Shown piece after piece: positions 50,420 through 63,026 of a stretch of 64,000 nt of DNA; within the stretch, counting starts at the first letter, position 1; the number at the start of each line of letters is the position of its first letter. Under the pieces are notes generated by a model. The model made no database searches. It had not been told where the DNA came from and saw nothing but the letters and a program-made list of their open reading frames with translations. This DNA is from Mobula hypostoma. Taxonomy: Eukaryota. The DNA lies in the NCBI RefSeq assembly GCF_963921235.1, contig NC_086097.1, forward strand, positions 248,560,001 to 248,624,000, in the 5' to 3' direction. Made by a program: the position numbers and the translations under genes.

Positions 50420-50880
50420 TATAATCCAATGGGAATGGTAAAGTCCTCCTAAGGAATGCAGGAAAGAACAGGAGGGAGGAGGTGATAATATCAAGATTGA
50501 GGTTTGGGCACCCAAGGTTAAACAATTGTCTTTAATGAAGAAACACAGTAATGGTAGGTGTGAGTATTGTAATCAACAAGAAATGGGTGAGTATGTACTG
50601 GTAAGGTGTCCAAGGTAGAATCAAGAGAATTTAAAGTTATCATGGAATAAAATACAATTTAATATACAAAATATTTTGCAGAAAGCATCACAGGATCATT
50701 GCTTTACCTTAATAGTGCAGCTTGTTAAGAATACAGGTCTTTTTTATAGAATTTGATACAAATATAAACATATAGGATTTCGATATCCTGATCCTCACTC
50801 CAGCCCAGTAGGTGGCAGTAATTCACTTTAAACCTGTTTGCCACCAACCATAAAACCTCAGAAGAAGATGAAGAAGAAAA
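50420..50880 (+). mobile_element. I-group (Nimb-like) LINE 3' end
   Basis: RREEVIISRLRFGHPRLN...GRCEYCNQQEMGEYVLVRCPR (degenerate CCHC knuckle); 3' UTR cagtaggtggcagtaat...tgccaccaaccataaaa and a (GAA)n-like tail. Confidence 0.7.
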
Positions 50881-51030
50881 GAGTCCTCCTAATAATTGGG
50901 TGAGCTAAAGGATATGGGAGCAGTCTTAAACTAATACTTCTTCTTGATGTTTACCGTGGAGGACATCATGGAAGCTGAGGAATTTAAAGAAGACGGACTC
51001 TTGACTTGACAATCTACCTCATTATTACCT

Positions 51031-52512
51031 GCATTGGCGCTGCTTCCTGCACGCATGCTGAGCTCGTTGACTTTATTAACTTTGCCTCCAACTTTCACCC
51101 TGCCCTCAAGTTTACCTGGTCCATTTCCGACACCTCCCTCCCCTTTCTAGATCTTTCTGTCTCTGTCTCTGGAGACAGTTTATCCACTGATGTCTACTAT
51201 AAGCCTACTGACTCTCACAGCTATCTGGACTATTCCTCTTCTCACCCTGTCTCTTGCAAAAACGCCGTCTCCTTCTCACAATTCCTCCGTCTCCGCCGCA
51301 TCTGCTCTCAGGATGAGGCTTTTCATTCCAGGACGAGGGAGATGTCCTCCTTTTTTAAAGAAAGGGGCTTCCCTTCCTCCACCATCAACTCTGCTCTCAG
51401 GCGCTTCTCCCCCATTTCACGTACATCTGCTCTCACTCCATCCTCCCGCCACCCTGCTAGGAATAGGGTTCCCCTGGTCCTCACCTACCACCCCACCAGC
51501 CTCCGGGTCCAACATATAATTCTCCGTAACTTCCGCCACCTCCAACGGGATCCCACCACTAAGCACATCTTTCCCTCCCCACCCCCTCTGCATTCCACAG
51601 GGATCGCTCCCTACGCAACTCCCTTGTCCATTCGTCCCCCCCATCCCTCCCCACTGATCTCCCTCCTGGCACTTATCCTTGTAAGTGGAACAAGTTTTAC
51701 ACATGCCCTTACACTTCCTCCCTTACCACCATTCAGGGCCCCAGACAGTCCTTCCAGGTGAGGCGACACTTCACCTGTGAGTCGATGGGGTGATATACTG
51801 TGTTCGGTGCTCCCGATGTGGCCTTCTATGTATTGGCGAGACCCAACGCAGACTGGGAGACCGCTTTGCTGAACACCTACGCTCTGTCCGCCAGAGAAAG
51901 CAGGATCTCCCAGTGGCCACGCATTTTAATTCCACATCCCATTCCCATTCTGACATGTCTATCCACGGCCTCCTCTACTGTAAAGATGAAGCCACACTCA
52001 GGTTGGAGGAACAACACCTTATATTCCGTCTGGGTAGCCTCCAACTTGATGGCATGAACATTGACTTCTCTAACTTCCGCTAATACCCCACCTCCCCCTC
52101 ATACCCCATCTGTTATTTATTTATATACACACATTCTTTCTCTCTCCTTTTTCTCCCTCTGTCCCTCTGACTATACCCCTTGCCCTTCCTCTGGGTTCCC
52201 CCCCCCGCCTTATCTTTCTTCCCGGACCTCCTGTCCCATGATCCTCTCATATCCCTTTTGCCTATCACCTGTCCAGCTCTTGGCTCCATCCCTCCCCCTC
52301 CTGTCTTCTCCTATCATTTTGGATCTACCCCTCCCCTTCCCATTTTCAAATCTCTTACTAACTCTTCTTTCAGTTAGACCTGACGAAAGGTCTCGGCCCG
52401 AAACGTCGCCTGTACCTCTTCCTAGAGATGCTGCCTGGCCTGCTGCGTTCACCAGCAACTTTGATGTGTGTTGCTTGAATTTCCAGCACCTGCAGAATTC
52501 CTGTTGTTTCCG
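51031..52512 (+). mobile_element. Young 5'-truncated Penelope-like element: RT C-terminus, GIY-YIG endonuclease and terminal repeat
   Basis: DFINFASNFHPALKFTWSISDTSLPFLDLSV...YYKPTDSHSYL; IYCVRCSRCGLLCIGETQRRLGDRFAEHL; one frameshift near 51580-51590; 9-bp TSD ttattacct at 51022-51030 and 52513-52521. Confidence 0.93.
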
Positions 52513-52709
52513 TTATTACCTTTGTACTTTGCTGTCTACATGCCCTGCACTTTCCTTGTATCTGATAAATTTTATTCTGCATTCTGCTATTGTTTTACCA
52601 TGTACTATGTCAATAAATTGATCTGTATGAATAGTATGCAAGACAAAGTTTTCACTGTATCTCAGTTCATCTGACAATAATGAACCAATTTAATTCCCAA
52701 TCCCAATTC

Positions 52710-54560
52710 CAAGAGAACTGAATCAGATTGAGGGTTATTATCACTGATATATGACAAGAAATTGTAGTTTTGTCACAGCAGTACAGTACATAAAAATACC
52801 ATTAGTTACAAGAAGAAATATAAAAAATACAAAGTATTTCATAAAGAGAGCAAGATACTGAGGTAGCATCAATGAGTTCATGGACTTCGCAGAAATCTGA
52901 TAGTGGAGTAGAAAAGGCTGTTCATAAAATGTTGAGTATGTGCCTTCAGGCTCTTGTACCTCCTCCCGGATGGTGGCAAAGATTAGATTAGATTATGAGA
53001 ACACTCAGTCCTCTTTTATTGTCATTTAGAAATGCATACATGCATTAAGAAATGATACAATGTTTCTTCGGAGTGATATCACAGAAAACAGGACAGACCA
53101 AAGACTAACACTGACACTGACAGAACCACATAATTATGACATATAGTTATAGCAGTGCAAAGCAATACCATAATTTGATGAAGAACAGCCCATGGGCACA
53201 GTAAAAAAAAAGTCTCAAAGTCCCGAGTCGATCGACTCCCGAGTCCCCGATAGCAGGCGGCAAAAGGGAGAAACTCCCTGCCATAAACCGCCAGGCACCG
53301 TCAACTTGCCAATGCCTTGGAAGCAGCCGACCCCTAATCCATCTGTCCGGAAACTCCGAGCTTCTGAGCAGCCTCTCCGATACAGCCTCCCGAGTGCCAT
53401 CCTCTGCCAAGCGCCTTCGACCTCTCCCCAGCCGCTGAAACACGCAAAGCCGAGGATTTCGAGGCCTTCAGCTCTGGAGAGTCCGGTTACCACACAGTAA
53501 CAGCAGTAGCAAAGCAGACATTTCAGAAGTTTTCCAGATGTTCCGCTGTGCACTAACATCTGTCTCCATCAAATCAGAATTGTGCACGGTCCCCTACTTG
53601 ACAGATAATAGATATTCATCACCGGAGAGGCCGCACGCGCTGCCATCGCGCCATCTTCTCCCCTCCCCAAGAGAGGAGAGCATGTCCGGTGTAGCAAGAG
53701 TCCTTAATGATGGATGCCAACTACTTGAGGCATCACCCTTTGAAGATGTCCTAGAGGCAGGGGAGGCTAGTGCCCGTGACAGAGCTGAGTTTACAGCCCT
53801 CTGCAGCTTTTCCTGATCCTGTGCTGTCTGTGGCCTCTACATACCAGCTGGTGATGCAGCCAGTTAGAATGCTCTCCATTGTGCGTCTCTAGAAGTTTAC
53901 TGGATTCTTTGGCAACACGTCCAATCTCAAACTCCTAATGAAATATAGTCACTAGCATGCTTTCTTCATGATAGCATCGATATGCTGGGCCCAGGATAGA
54001 TTCTCAGAGCTTTTGACACCCAGGAACTTGAAACTGGTCACCCTTTTCACTTCTGATCCCACAATGAAGACTAGTGTGTATTCTCTCGACCTCCCCTTCC
54101 TGAAGTCCACAATCAATTCCATTGTCTTACTGATGCTGAGTGCAAGATGGCTGTTGTGACACCATCTCAACCAGCTGATCTTTCTCACTCCTGTGCTGCT
54201 CCTCATCATCAGTTCTGTCATGTGCAGATTTATAGACGGGGCTTGAGCTGGGCCTCGCCGCGCAGTCAGGTGTGGAGAGAACAGACCAGCGGCCGAAACA
54301 TGCTTCTTTGATGTGCCCCAGTGTTGATTGTCAGTGAGGAGGAGATGCTATTTCTGATCTGCACAGACTGCTGCCTCCCGCTGAGGAAATCAAGAATCCA
54401 GTTACAGAGGGAGGTACAGATCGCCAGGTTTTGAAGCCTGTTGGTTAGTACTGAGGGGATGATGGTGTTGAGCTGTAATCAATGAATGTGGGTAAACCTA
54501 TTGTCCGGGTAGTCCAATACCAACTGGAGACTCTGTGAGATTGCATCTGCTCTAGACCTG
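52710..54560 (-). mobile_element. Rex1/Babar-like LINE with a nested non-autonomous element (about 52981-53667)
   Basis: WCHNSHLALSISKTMELIVDFRK (53952-54221). The nested element has a (gatta)n tail and an aagatggcg 5' end. Confidence 0.8.
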
Positions 54561-55442
54561 TTATGTAACAGTGATACTCTGAAACATTACAGAAGGTTAG
54601 TTATTGGTGGTCTCGAGGGGCAGTAAGGTGGATAAAGCAACAGGACGGGACCTAATGTATCCTCGGACATAATGGGAAGCCAGGGAAGAAATTGCAGGGG
54701 CCTGGCAGGGATTTTTGTATTGTCTTTAGCAGGGGGGAGGATACTGGAAATCTGAAGGGTGGCTAATGCTGCACCTTTCTTTAAGAAGGGCTGCAAGGAC
54801 AAGCCGGGAATCTTCAGGTCTGTGAGCATCAGTGATGAGAAAGTTTCTGAAGGGAATTTTGACAGACAGGATCAGCATTTGGAAGGGCAAAGACTGAATA
54901 GAATCATTGTCATAGAGTTATAGAAAAGTACAGCACAGAAACAGGCCCTTTGGTCCATCTAATCCGTGCCAAACCACTTACACTGCCTAGTCCCATCAAC
55001 CTGCACCTAGACCATAGCTCTCCATACGCCTACTCTGTATGTACCTATCTAAACTTCCCTTAAACGTTGAAATCGAGCTCGCAAACATCACTAGCACTGG
55101 CTGCTCATTCCACCCTCTCACAACCCTCTGAGTGGAAAAGATTTTCCTCACGTTCCCCTTAAATTTTTCACCTTTCACTTTTAACCCATGATCTCTAGTT
55201 GTAGTCCCACCCAACCTCAGTGGAAAGAGCTTGTTTGCATTTAACCCTCATTTTGTATACTTCTATCAAATCTCTCCTCAACCTTCTACATTCTAAGGAA
55301 TAAAGTCCTAATTTATTCAATCTTGCTTTATAATTCAGTCCATCCAGTCCTGGCAACATCCTTGTAAATTTTCTCTGTGCTCTTTCAACCTTGTTTACAT
55401 CTTTCTTGTAGGTAGTGACCAAATCTACACACAATACTCCAA

Positions 55443-56765
55443 ATACTTTATACTTTATTGTCGCCAAACAATTGGTACTAGAACGTACAATCATCACAGC
55501 GATATTTGATTCTGCGCTTCACACTCCCTGTCATAAGACATGCATAGCTGGGGCCCATGCAAAAGCACTGACTAATCCTTTGATTTGTAGAAAGTAGGAG
55601 AAATCAGAAGAGTTGTTTAGGGTTTGTAGAAAGTGTGTGTAACAGTTTTGTTTATTCACAAATGTAATGTGTATACTCTGCTTCCAGTACTTAATGCCAT
55701 TAAATCAACAGAATTCTCATTATTCAGAGTTGGCTACCTGTGTGACCATGTGCTTCTCCACCTCAAAAATCAGTAGAATAGAGGGATAGTTTAACATTTG
55801 TCTCATGGAAAGCCTTAATGGCACATACTAACTTCACTCCACACTGTGTCACTGATCTACATCACATCCTAAACATTTACAGTTCTGGTCACCGAATTAC
55901 AGGAAAGATGTCAACAAAATTGAGAGAGTAGCAGAGAAGATTTACTAGAATGTTACCTGGGTTTCATCTCCTAGGTTACAGAGAAAGGTTGAACAAGTTG
56001 GGTCTTTATTCTTTGGAACGTAGAAGGTTGAGGGGGGAACTTGATAGAGGTATTTAAAATTATGAGGGGGATAGATAGAGCTGACGTGGATAGGCTTTTT
56101 CCATTGAGAGTGGGGGAGATTCAAACAAGAGGACATGAGTTGAGAGTTAAAGGGCAAAAGTTTAGGGGTAACATGAGGGGGAACTTCTTTACTCAGAGAG
56201 TGGTAGCTGTGTGGAACGAGCTTCCAGCAGAAGTGGTTGAGGCAGGTTCGATGTTGGCATTTAAAGTTAAATTGGATAGATATATGGACAGGAAAGGAAT
56301 GGAGGGTTATGGGCTGAGTGCAGGTCGGTGGGACTAGGTGACAGTAAGAGTTCGGCATGGACTAGAAGGGCCGAAATGGCCCGTTTCCGTGCTGTAATTG
56401 TTATATGGTTATATGGTTATGGTTATATTAAAAATAGTTAAAATTAGTAAATATTAGAAATTTAAATTATAAATCATAAATAGAAAATAGAAAAATGGGA
56501 AGTAAGGTAGTGCAAAAAAACCGAGAGACAGGTCCGGATATTTGGAGGGTACAGCCCAGATCCGGGTCAGGATCCATTCAGCAGTCTTATCACAGTTGGA
56601 AAGAAGCTGTTCCCAAATCTGGCCATACGAGTCTTCAAGCTCCTGAACCTTCTCCCGAAGGGAAGAGGGACGAAAAGTCTGTTGGCTGGGTGGGTCATGT
56701 CCTTGATTATTCTGGCAGCACTGCTCCGACAGCGTGCGGTGTAAAGTGAGTCCACGGACGGAAGA
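55443..56765 (-). mobile_element. Rex1/Babar-like 3' end (same young family as 6093-7108), split by captured DNA and a plus-strand CR1 (about 55875-56425), all inside a minus-strand CR1
   Basis: Near-identical tail tactttatactttattgtcgccaaacaattggtactagaacg; resumes at about 56425 with ttaaaaatagttaaaattagtaaatatt. Confidence 0.85.
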
Positions 56766-57058
56766 CAAATTAGGCCTCATCAACATCTTATACATCTTCA
56801 ACATTACTTCCCATGTCTTGTACTCAATATTCTGATCTATGAAGGCCAATATGCCAAAATCTTTCTTTTCGACCCTGTGACAGCAATTTCAATAAATTAT
56901 GGACCTGTAATCCCATATCCCTTTGTTCTACTGTAATAGAGTTAGTCAGCATTGCTTTGTGTGTGGGGAATCGTGTCTCATGAGCTTGGATGAGTTTTTT
57001 GAAGAGGTAACCAGGAAAATTGACATGGATGTGGCAATGGATGTTGTCTACATGGTCT

Positions 57059-57840
57059 TGTTACAATAATTAACCCTTGTAATATTGATCAGTGAGACAC
57101 AGAGCATCTGTATTTACCGACAAGTAACTTTAATGTCTCAACTAAAAGACACGTGGGTTCACAAATTATCTCCCTGTGTGCACCCCATTAGAACCCCTGA
57201 CCCTCCATGAACAAACAATGAAGAGAAAGGGTATTACCCAGGAAAGGAGTCTACACTAGCCTCGTGGGTCCCGATCTCCACGTGTCCATGGGGTTCTCCT
57301 TATCCGTGATGATTTGTCTCTGGTTGCTGGAGAATTATCGCCCCTACATATTCAGAGCTCCTGACTCTTAAGGTGTTCCTCATCAATTGAACTGGTGGAT
57401 CTCCATCCCATTGGCTCAAGGTCACCTGACCTAACTGGGTCATCCTCTTACTAGTTCCAATCAGGGGCTACAACTAACGTTGTTTCATGGTTCTGCGCAG
57501 CCCCAGCCTTGTGTATTTGTGTCTTTCAACTCTGATTGGACCAAACCAGTTAAATGAGGCAACCCAGACAGAGTCTAATGAGATTACAGATTGTTTCATT
57601 GGTAGGTCTGGCATTTTACAAAATAAGTAGCTACTCATCTGAGAATGGTCTCCGGTTTAGCAGGTCATTACCTGAAGCTCCTTGTGTCCACATTCAGTTG
57701 CTCTGATTAGATTGTCCTAGAGCAAGAGTCAGTTCAGAATCCACAAAATGGGAGGAAACAAAGACAAATGGTGGTTTGTCTTCCCTGTCCTTGTTTCATC
57801 AAATCCACTAATTGTAGACTGAATTTCCTTCTGGCCCACA
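57059..57840 (-). mobile_element. Solo LTR (782 bp), ERV class I- or Gypsy-type
   Basis: TG...CA termini; 4-bp TSD gtct (57055-57058, 57841-57844) splitting the CR1 sequence gtctacatgg-tct-ttagcaagg. Minus-strand CCAAT boxes and an ATTAAA (57129-57134). Confidence 0.82.
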
Positions 57841-58472
57841 GTCTTTAGCAAGGTACCACATGGTAGATTGGTCCAGAAGATGATCACATGGGAACAATGT
57901 GTTTATATATAAACTATTTTGGTGAAAATGTAGCTGACTTTAGTACGTTTGTGGATAACATCAGAATTGGCGATGTGGTGCACAGTGAAGAAGATTGTCT
58001 AAGGTTGCAATGTGATTTAGATCATAATCACAGGAGATTCTGAAGATGCTGGAAATCCAGAGGAACACACACAGAGAAACTCAGCAGATCAGGCAACATC
58101 TATGGAAATGAACAGTCAATGAAGAGAAAAGGTATTACCGAGGAAAGGAGTTTACGTTGACCCGGCATTCCTTGTGGTCCCGACCTCCACGTGTCCGTGG
58201 GGTCCTCCTTATCCATGATGGTTAGTCTCTGGTTGCTGGAGAGTCATCATCCCTACGCATTTGGAGCTCCTGAGCCTTATAGTGTTCCTTGTCAATTGAA
58301 CCGTTGGATCTCCATCCCATTGGCTCAAGGTCACCTGACCTACCTGGGTCACCTTCTAGGTTCTAGACTAGGGCTTGACATTTTGGGCTATGATCTTTCT
58401 TCAGGACTGGATCAACTGGAGAAGTGCGCAAAGTACTGGCGGTTAGTATTTAACTCAGGAAACTAGACTTCT

Positions 58473-58750
58473 AGGGTTGGCACACTGGCATAACGGTTAG
58501 CAAAATCTCTTTACAGTGCCAACAACCTGTGTTCAATTCCCACTGTTGTCTGTAAGGAGTTTGTATGTGACCATATAGATGACCATATGGGTCCACAAGA
58601 CCATGTGCGTTTCTTCCAGGTGCTCTGATCTCCTCCGACATTTCGAAGACATATGGGCTAGTAGGGTAATTGATCACATAGGTGTAATTTGGCAGGGAGG
58701 ATTCGTTGGACCGGGAAGACCTGTTTCTGCGCTGAATCTCTAAATTAAAA
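58473..58750 (+). mobile_element. V-SINE
   Basis: tRNA-like head, gttcaattcc B-box, gtaaggagtttgtatgt V domain. Confidence 0.75.
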
Positions 58751-59084
58751 GAGTTTGGTGAAATGAAGTATTTTGTGCAGTTCTGGTCACCATCCAATGG
58801 GAAGGATGGGATTAATCAAGAGAAGGTCCAGAAATGATAATCAAGGACAGATGAACAGGCAGGCTCGACGGGATTATTTCTTCTTGACATTGTGGTTAGG
58901 GATGAGTATTGTGAGCTGAAAGGCCCGTTCCAGTGCTCTACTGTAACTAACTTCGTTCATTTCCTTGGCTGCTGAGGGCCTGCAGTCCTCCACCAAAACC
59001 AGGCGGCTTTCTCTGTAACAACTTCTGTGAAAGCAGTCAAAAAGTATTTGTTTTACTAGCCTTCCATTTCTTTATTTCCCAATA

Positions 59085-60050
59085 TGCTGTCAGGTCATCA
59101 GAGAAGGTCATTGGCTGCAGACTGGCATCACAGCAGGACTTGTATGTGTTCAGGATACATACACCTACAGGAAAGATGTAAATAGGGTTGAAAGAGTACA
59201 GAGAACATTTAGGAGGATATTGCTGGGACTGGAGGACCTGAGTTATAAGGACTTTATTCCTGAGAATGTAGAAGACTGAGAGGAGATTTGACAGAGGTAT
59301 GCAAAATTATGAGGGGTAAAGGTAGTGTAAATGCAAGCAGGCTTTTTCCACTGAGGTTGGGTGGGACTACAACTAGAGGTCGTGAGTTAAGGGTGAAAGG
59401 TGAAAAGTTTAAGGGGAACATGAGGGAACACTTCTTCACTCAGAAGGTTATGAGAGTGTGGAACGAGCTGCCCAGTGCACGTGGTGCACACAAGCTTGAT
59501 TTCAATGTTTAAGACAAGTTTGGATAGGTACATGGATGGTAGGGGTATGGAGGGCAATGGTCCTGATGCAGGTCGATGGGAGTAGGCAGTTTAAATGTTC
59601 TGTCATGGACTAGATGGGCTGAAGGGCCTGTTTCTGTACTGTATTTTTTTTATGACTCTATTACAAAGAAGTGGGCAGATAAAATCATTGTAGACCCTAC
59701 CCACCAACCTATTCAGCTTTTCCTTCTGGAAAGCACTATAGCGCTATTAAAACAAAAACTTCACACACTTTTAAAAATTTCTTCCCCTGGACGTTTAATC
59801 TGATTAACTGCTCTTGTTAGCCCTCCACTCCCTTATCTATTTCCTGCTTCAATACATTGTAAACACTTTAATCCACTTTGCTAATACAATTTACATTGTA
59901 AATACATGCTGGTATTTATGTATTTATGCACACTTTATTCCACATCCAACCTTTACCTCTAACTTTATTAGCTTTTTTTTTACCATAATGGCACAAATGT
60001 ATATCATAAACTTTTTTCTTGTGAACATTGGTAATATAAAATACTGCAGG
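59085..60050 (+). mobile_element. Rex-like LINE remnant interrupted by a CR1 (about 59160-59660)
   Basis: Same family as minus-strand 30700-31050 (aaggtcattggctgcag...; attaaaacaaaaacttcacac). Confidence 0.65.
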
Positions 60051-60069
60051 TCTGTTTCATTGGTTCATT

Positions 60070-60985
60070 GGTGAGACTGACGGTGAGGGAACTGCGTTGC
60101 CTCGGCTGTTGCACGGAATAGGTCCTCGTGCCGCGGCCTTGCCTGTTATAGGGGTCAGAGAAAGTGTGGAAAAGAACAGAGCTTTCCGGTTTAAGATGGT
60201 GTTACTTGTCAGTTTACTTGCCAATCATAAGGCAGGAGATTCGACTAAAAATATTACTTACAACATCTTTCATGAATCAAATTGTGGTGAACCATCGCTG
60301 CAGACTGTGAGGAGGCCGGCGGAGACGAGGCTGGTTCGGGGGATGAGCCGTGCTGGGGTACTGTGAGGCACAGCCTGTTCGAGCTGGGATCACAGTCAGA
60401 GATGGAGTGAATGATTTGGAGAGGAGTCTACGCAGAAGTGTTTTGATGACCGTTTTTCTAACCCGGGTGCGAGGTTGGATTGGTTCAAGCGAAAGCCGAT
60501 TTGATGAGATCAAGAGTGGCTTCGGGCTGAGTGGCCCAAGTATATGAAAGTGCTGGGATCCAGGTCCTAGAATGTGGCACTCTCTCCAGTGCTTGGACAA
60601 TTTAAACATTGGCCCAGATAGGATGGAAAGTTTGAATGTTCGGAACGGAGGCTGATTTCGCCTGGTCCCCTGCGAATGATCATTCCTTACCCCGCGGAGC
60701 TGAGGATGTGAACTGATCTGGCGGCTGTGCGTTTCTGCCCTGCTGGTGTGACGTACTGGGGACCGAGGCTTTGGGCCTACTCTGTCAGGTTCAGGATGCT
60801 GTTAGCCTGCTTCTATTGTCTGCATGATGTGTGTGTGTTTTTTCTTTCTTTCTCTTTCTCTACACAGTGTTTTTTGGTCTTTTTTTGAATTGGGTTCTTG
60901 CTTTGTGGCTGCCTTAAAGCAGACAAATTTCAAGTTGTGTAACTTATACATTCTTTGATAATAAATGTGCTTTGAATCTTTGAAA
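60070..60985 (+). mobile_element. Non-autonomous LINE-dependent element
   Basis: aagatgg 5' motif near 60193, GC-rich body, and a 3' end ctttgataataaatgtgctttgaatctttgaa shared with other copies. Confidence 0.5.
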
Positions 60986-63026
60986 TATCATCTCTGCTGG
61001 GTTGGAGGGCTGTCACTGCTCCCTGGAAGACAAGCTAGGGTGCTTGCGACTGACTCAGCAGTAGACAAACCGATTTGCCTTCTCCTACTGAACCAGTGCA
61101 AGATGAGGAACTGCTGCGTACTTGTTCTTGCAGAAACGTGGCTCCAGGTCGACATCAATCTTCAGGCCCTGCCACTCAGTGACTTGTGTTAATATCATTT
61201 TGTGATCCAACGTAACCATGCGTGCTGTGTGCTCTGTGTGGCTGCATGTACTGTGTCTTGCACCATGGCCCCACAGGAATGCTGTTTCGTTTGGCTGTAT
61301 CCATGTTCATGGTTCAATGATGATTCAACTTGAACCTTAATTTGTTATCCTGTGTAATTGTTGAATGTTGCTTTTGGTTGCATGCCCTGCCCTGACCAAC
61401 ACGCATAGCAAGTTGTTAATACACAGAGGCATAGAACACTACAGAACAGACACAGGACCCTCAGCCCATCCATTCCATGCTGAACTATTAATCTGCCTAG
61501 TCCCATTAACCTGCACCCATATCACTCTCATCCACGTACCTATCCAAGTTTCTCTTAAATCCTGAAATCCACCACTTCTGTTGACAGCTTGTTCTATTCT
61601 CCCACCACCCTCTGAATGAGGGAGTTCCTTCTTATCTTCCCCTTAAAAATTTCACCTTTCACCCTTAACCCATGGCCTCTAGTTGTCATCCCACCTACCT
61701 CAGTGGAAAAAGTCTGCTTGCTTAAAACGATCTGTACATCTCATGATCAGGAGATTCAGTGGGATAGGGATAGCGCAGCAGCTGGGTCAGTTCACAGCCT
61801 CGGCATGGCGGAGAAAGAGTTACGGGGAGAAGGCCGGGGAGTGGGGTTGAGGAGGCAAAAATAGGATCAGCCATGATGGAATAGCAGAGCAGACTCGATG
61901 GGGCAAATGGCCGAATTCTGTTTCTATGCCTTATGGTCTTATGGTCTTATACTTGTCTGTCAAATCTCCCCTCATTCTCCTACGCTCCAGGGAATGAAGT
62001 CCTCACCTATTCAACCTTTCCCTATAACTCAGGTCCTCAAGTCCCGGCAACATCCTTGAAGTTTTCTCCGCACTCTTTCAACCTTCTTTACATCTTTCCT
62101 GTAGGTAGATGACCGAAACCGTACACAGTACCCCAAATTAGACCTCGGCAACATCTGGTAAATGAATATGGAGAATAAAGTTGATCCTTTATCCTGTCTC
62201 AAACTGTCAGGGATCCACAATAATTTAATGGGTAAAATTACAATAGGAAATATATACACATAAAAATATTTTAAAAATACATAAGTAGTGCAAAGAAAGC
62301 AAAAATAGTGAGGAATAGTTCATGGGTTCATTGTTCGTTCAGAAATCTGATGATGAAGGGCAAGAAGGTGTTCCTGAAACATTGAGTGTGTATCTTCAGG
62401 CTCCTGTTCCTCCTCTCTGATGCCAGCAATCAATCAGAAGAGGGCATAAGGGGTCTGTAATGTTGGAATGCCACCCTCCTGAGGCATCGCCTTTTGAAGG
62501 TGTCCTCGACGGTGGGAGGCCAGTGCCCATGATGGAGCTGGCTGAGTTTACAACTCTCTGCAGCTTTTTCCAGACCCTCCATGCTGGACAGTGATACAAC
62601 CAGACAGAATGCTTTCCACAGTACATCTGTAGAAGTGTACCAGCGTCGTATGTCACGTACCAGATCTCCTACTCCTGATGAAATATAGCCAATGGCCTGC
62701 CTTCTTAGTAATTGCATCAGCATGTTGCGCCCAGGGTAGACTCAGAGATGTTGACACCCAGGAAACTTGAAACTGCTCACCCTTTCCACTGCCGACCCCT
62801 CGATCAGGACTGGCGTGTGTAAGAATAAGGAGAATTGCTTTGGTGACAATATCCAACACATTCCGGCCTTGTTTGCATGGAACAGGTTTGAGGTGTATGG
62901 GTGTATGTGTCTCCAGGTGTTAAAGGGATGTTGTGAAACAACCTCCCACAGCTTCTCAACTGCTGTTTTATTTTCAGCGGATTGGAGTTCAGTTTGAGCC
63001 TTGGTTTGCTGGCAAAGGGGACCAGA

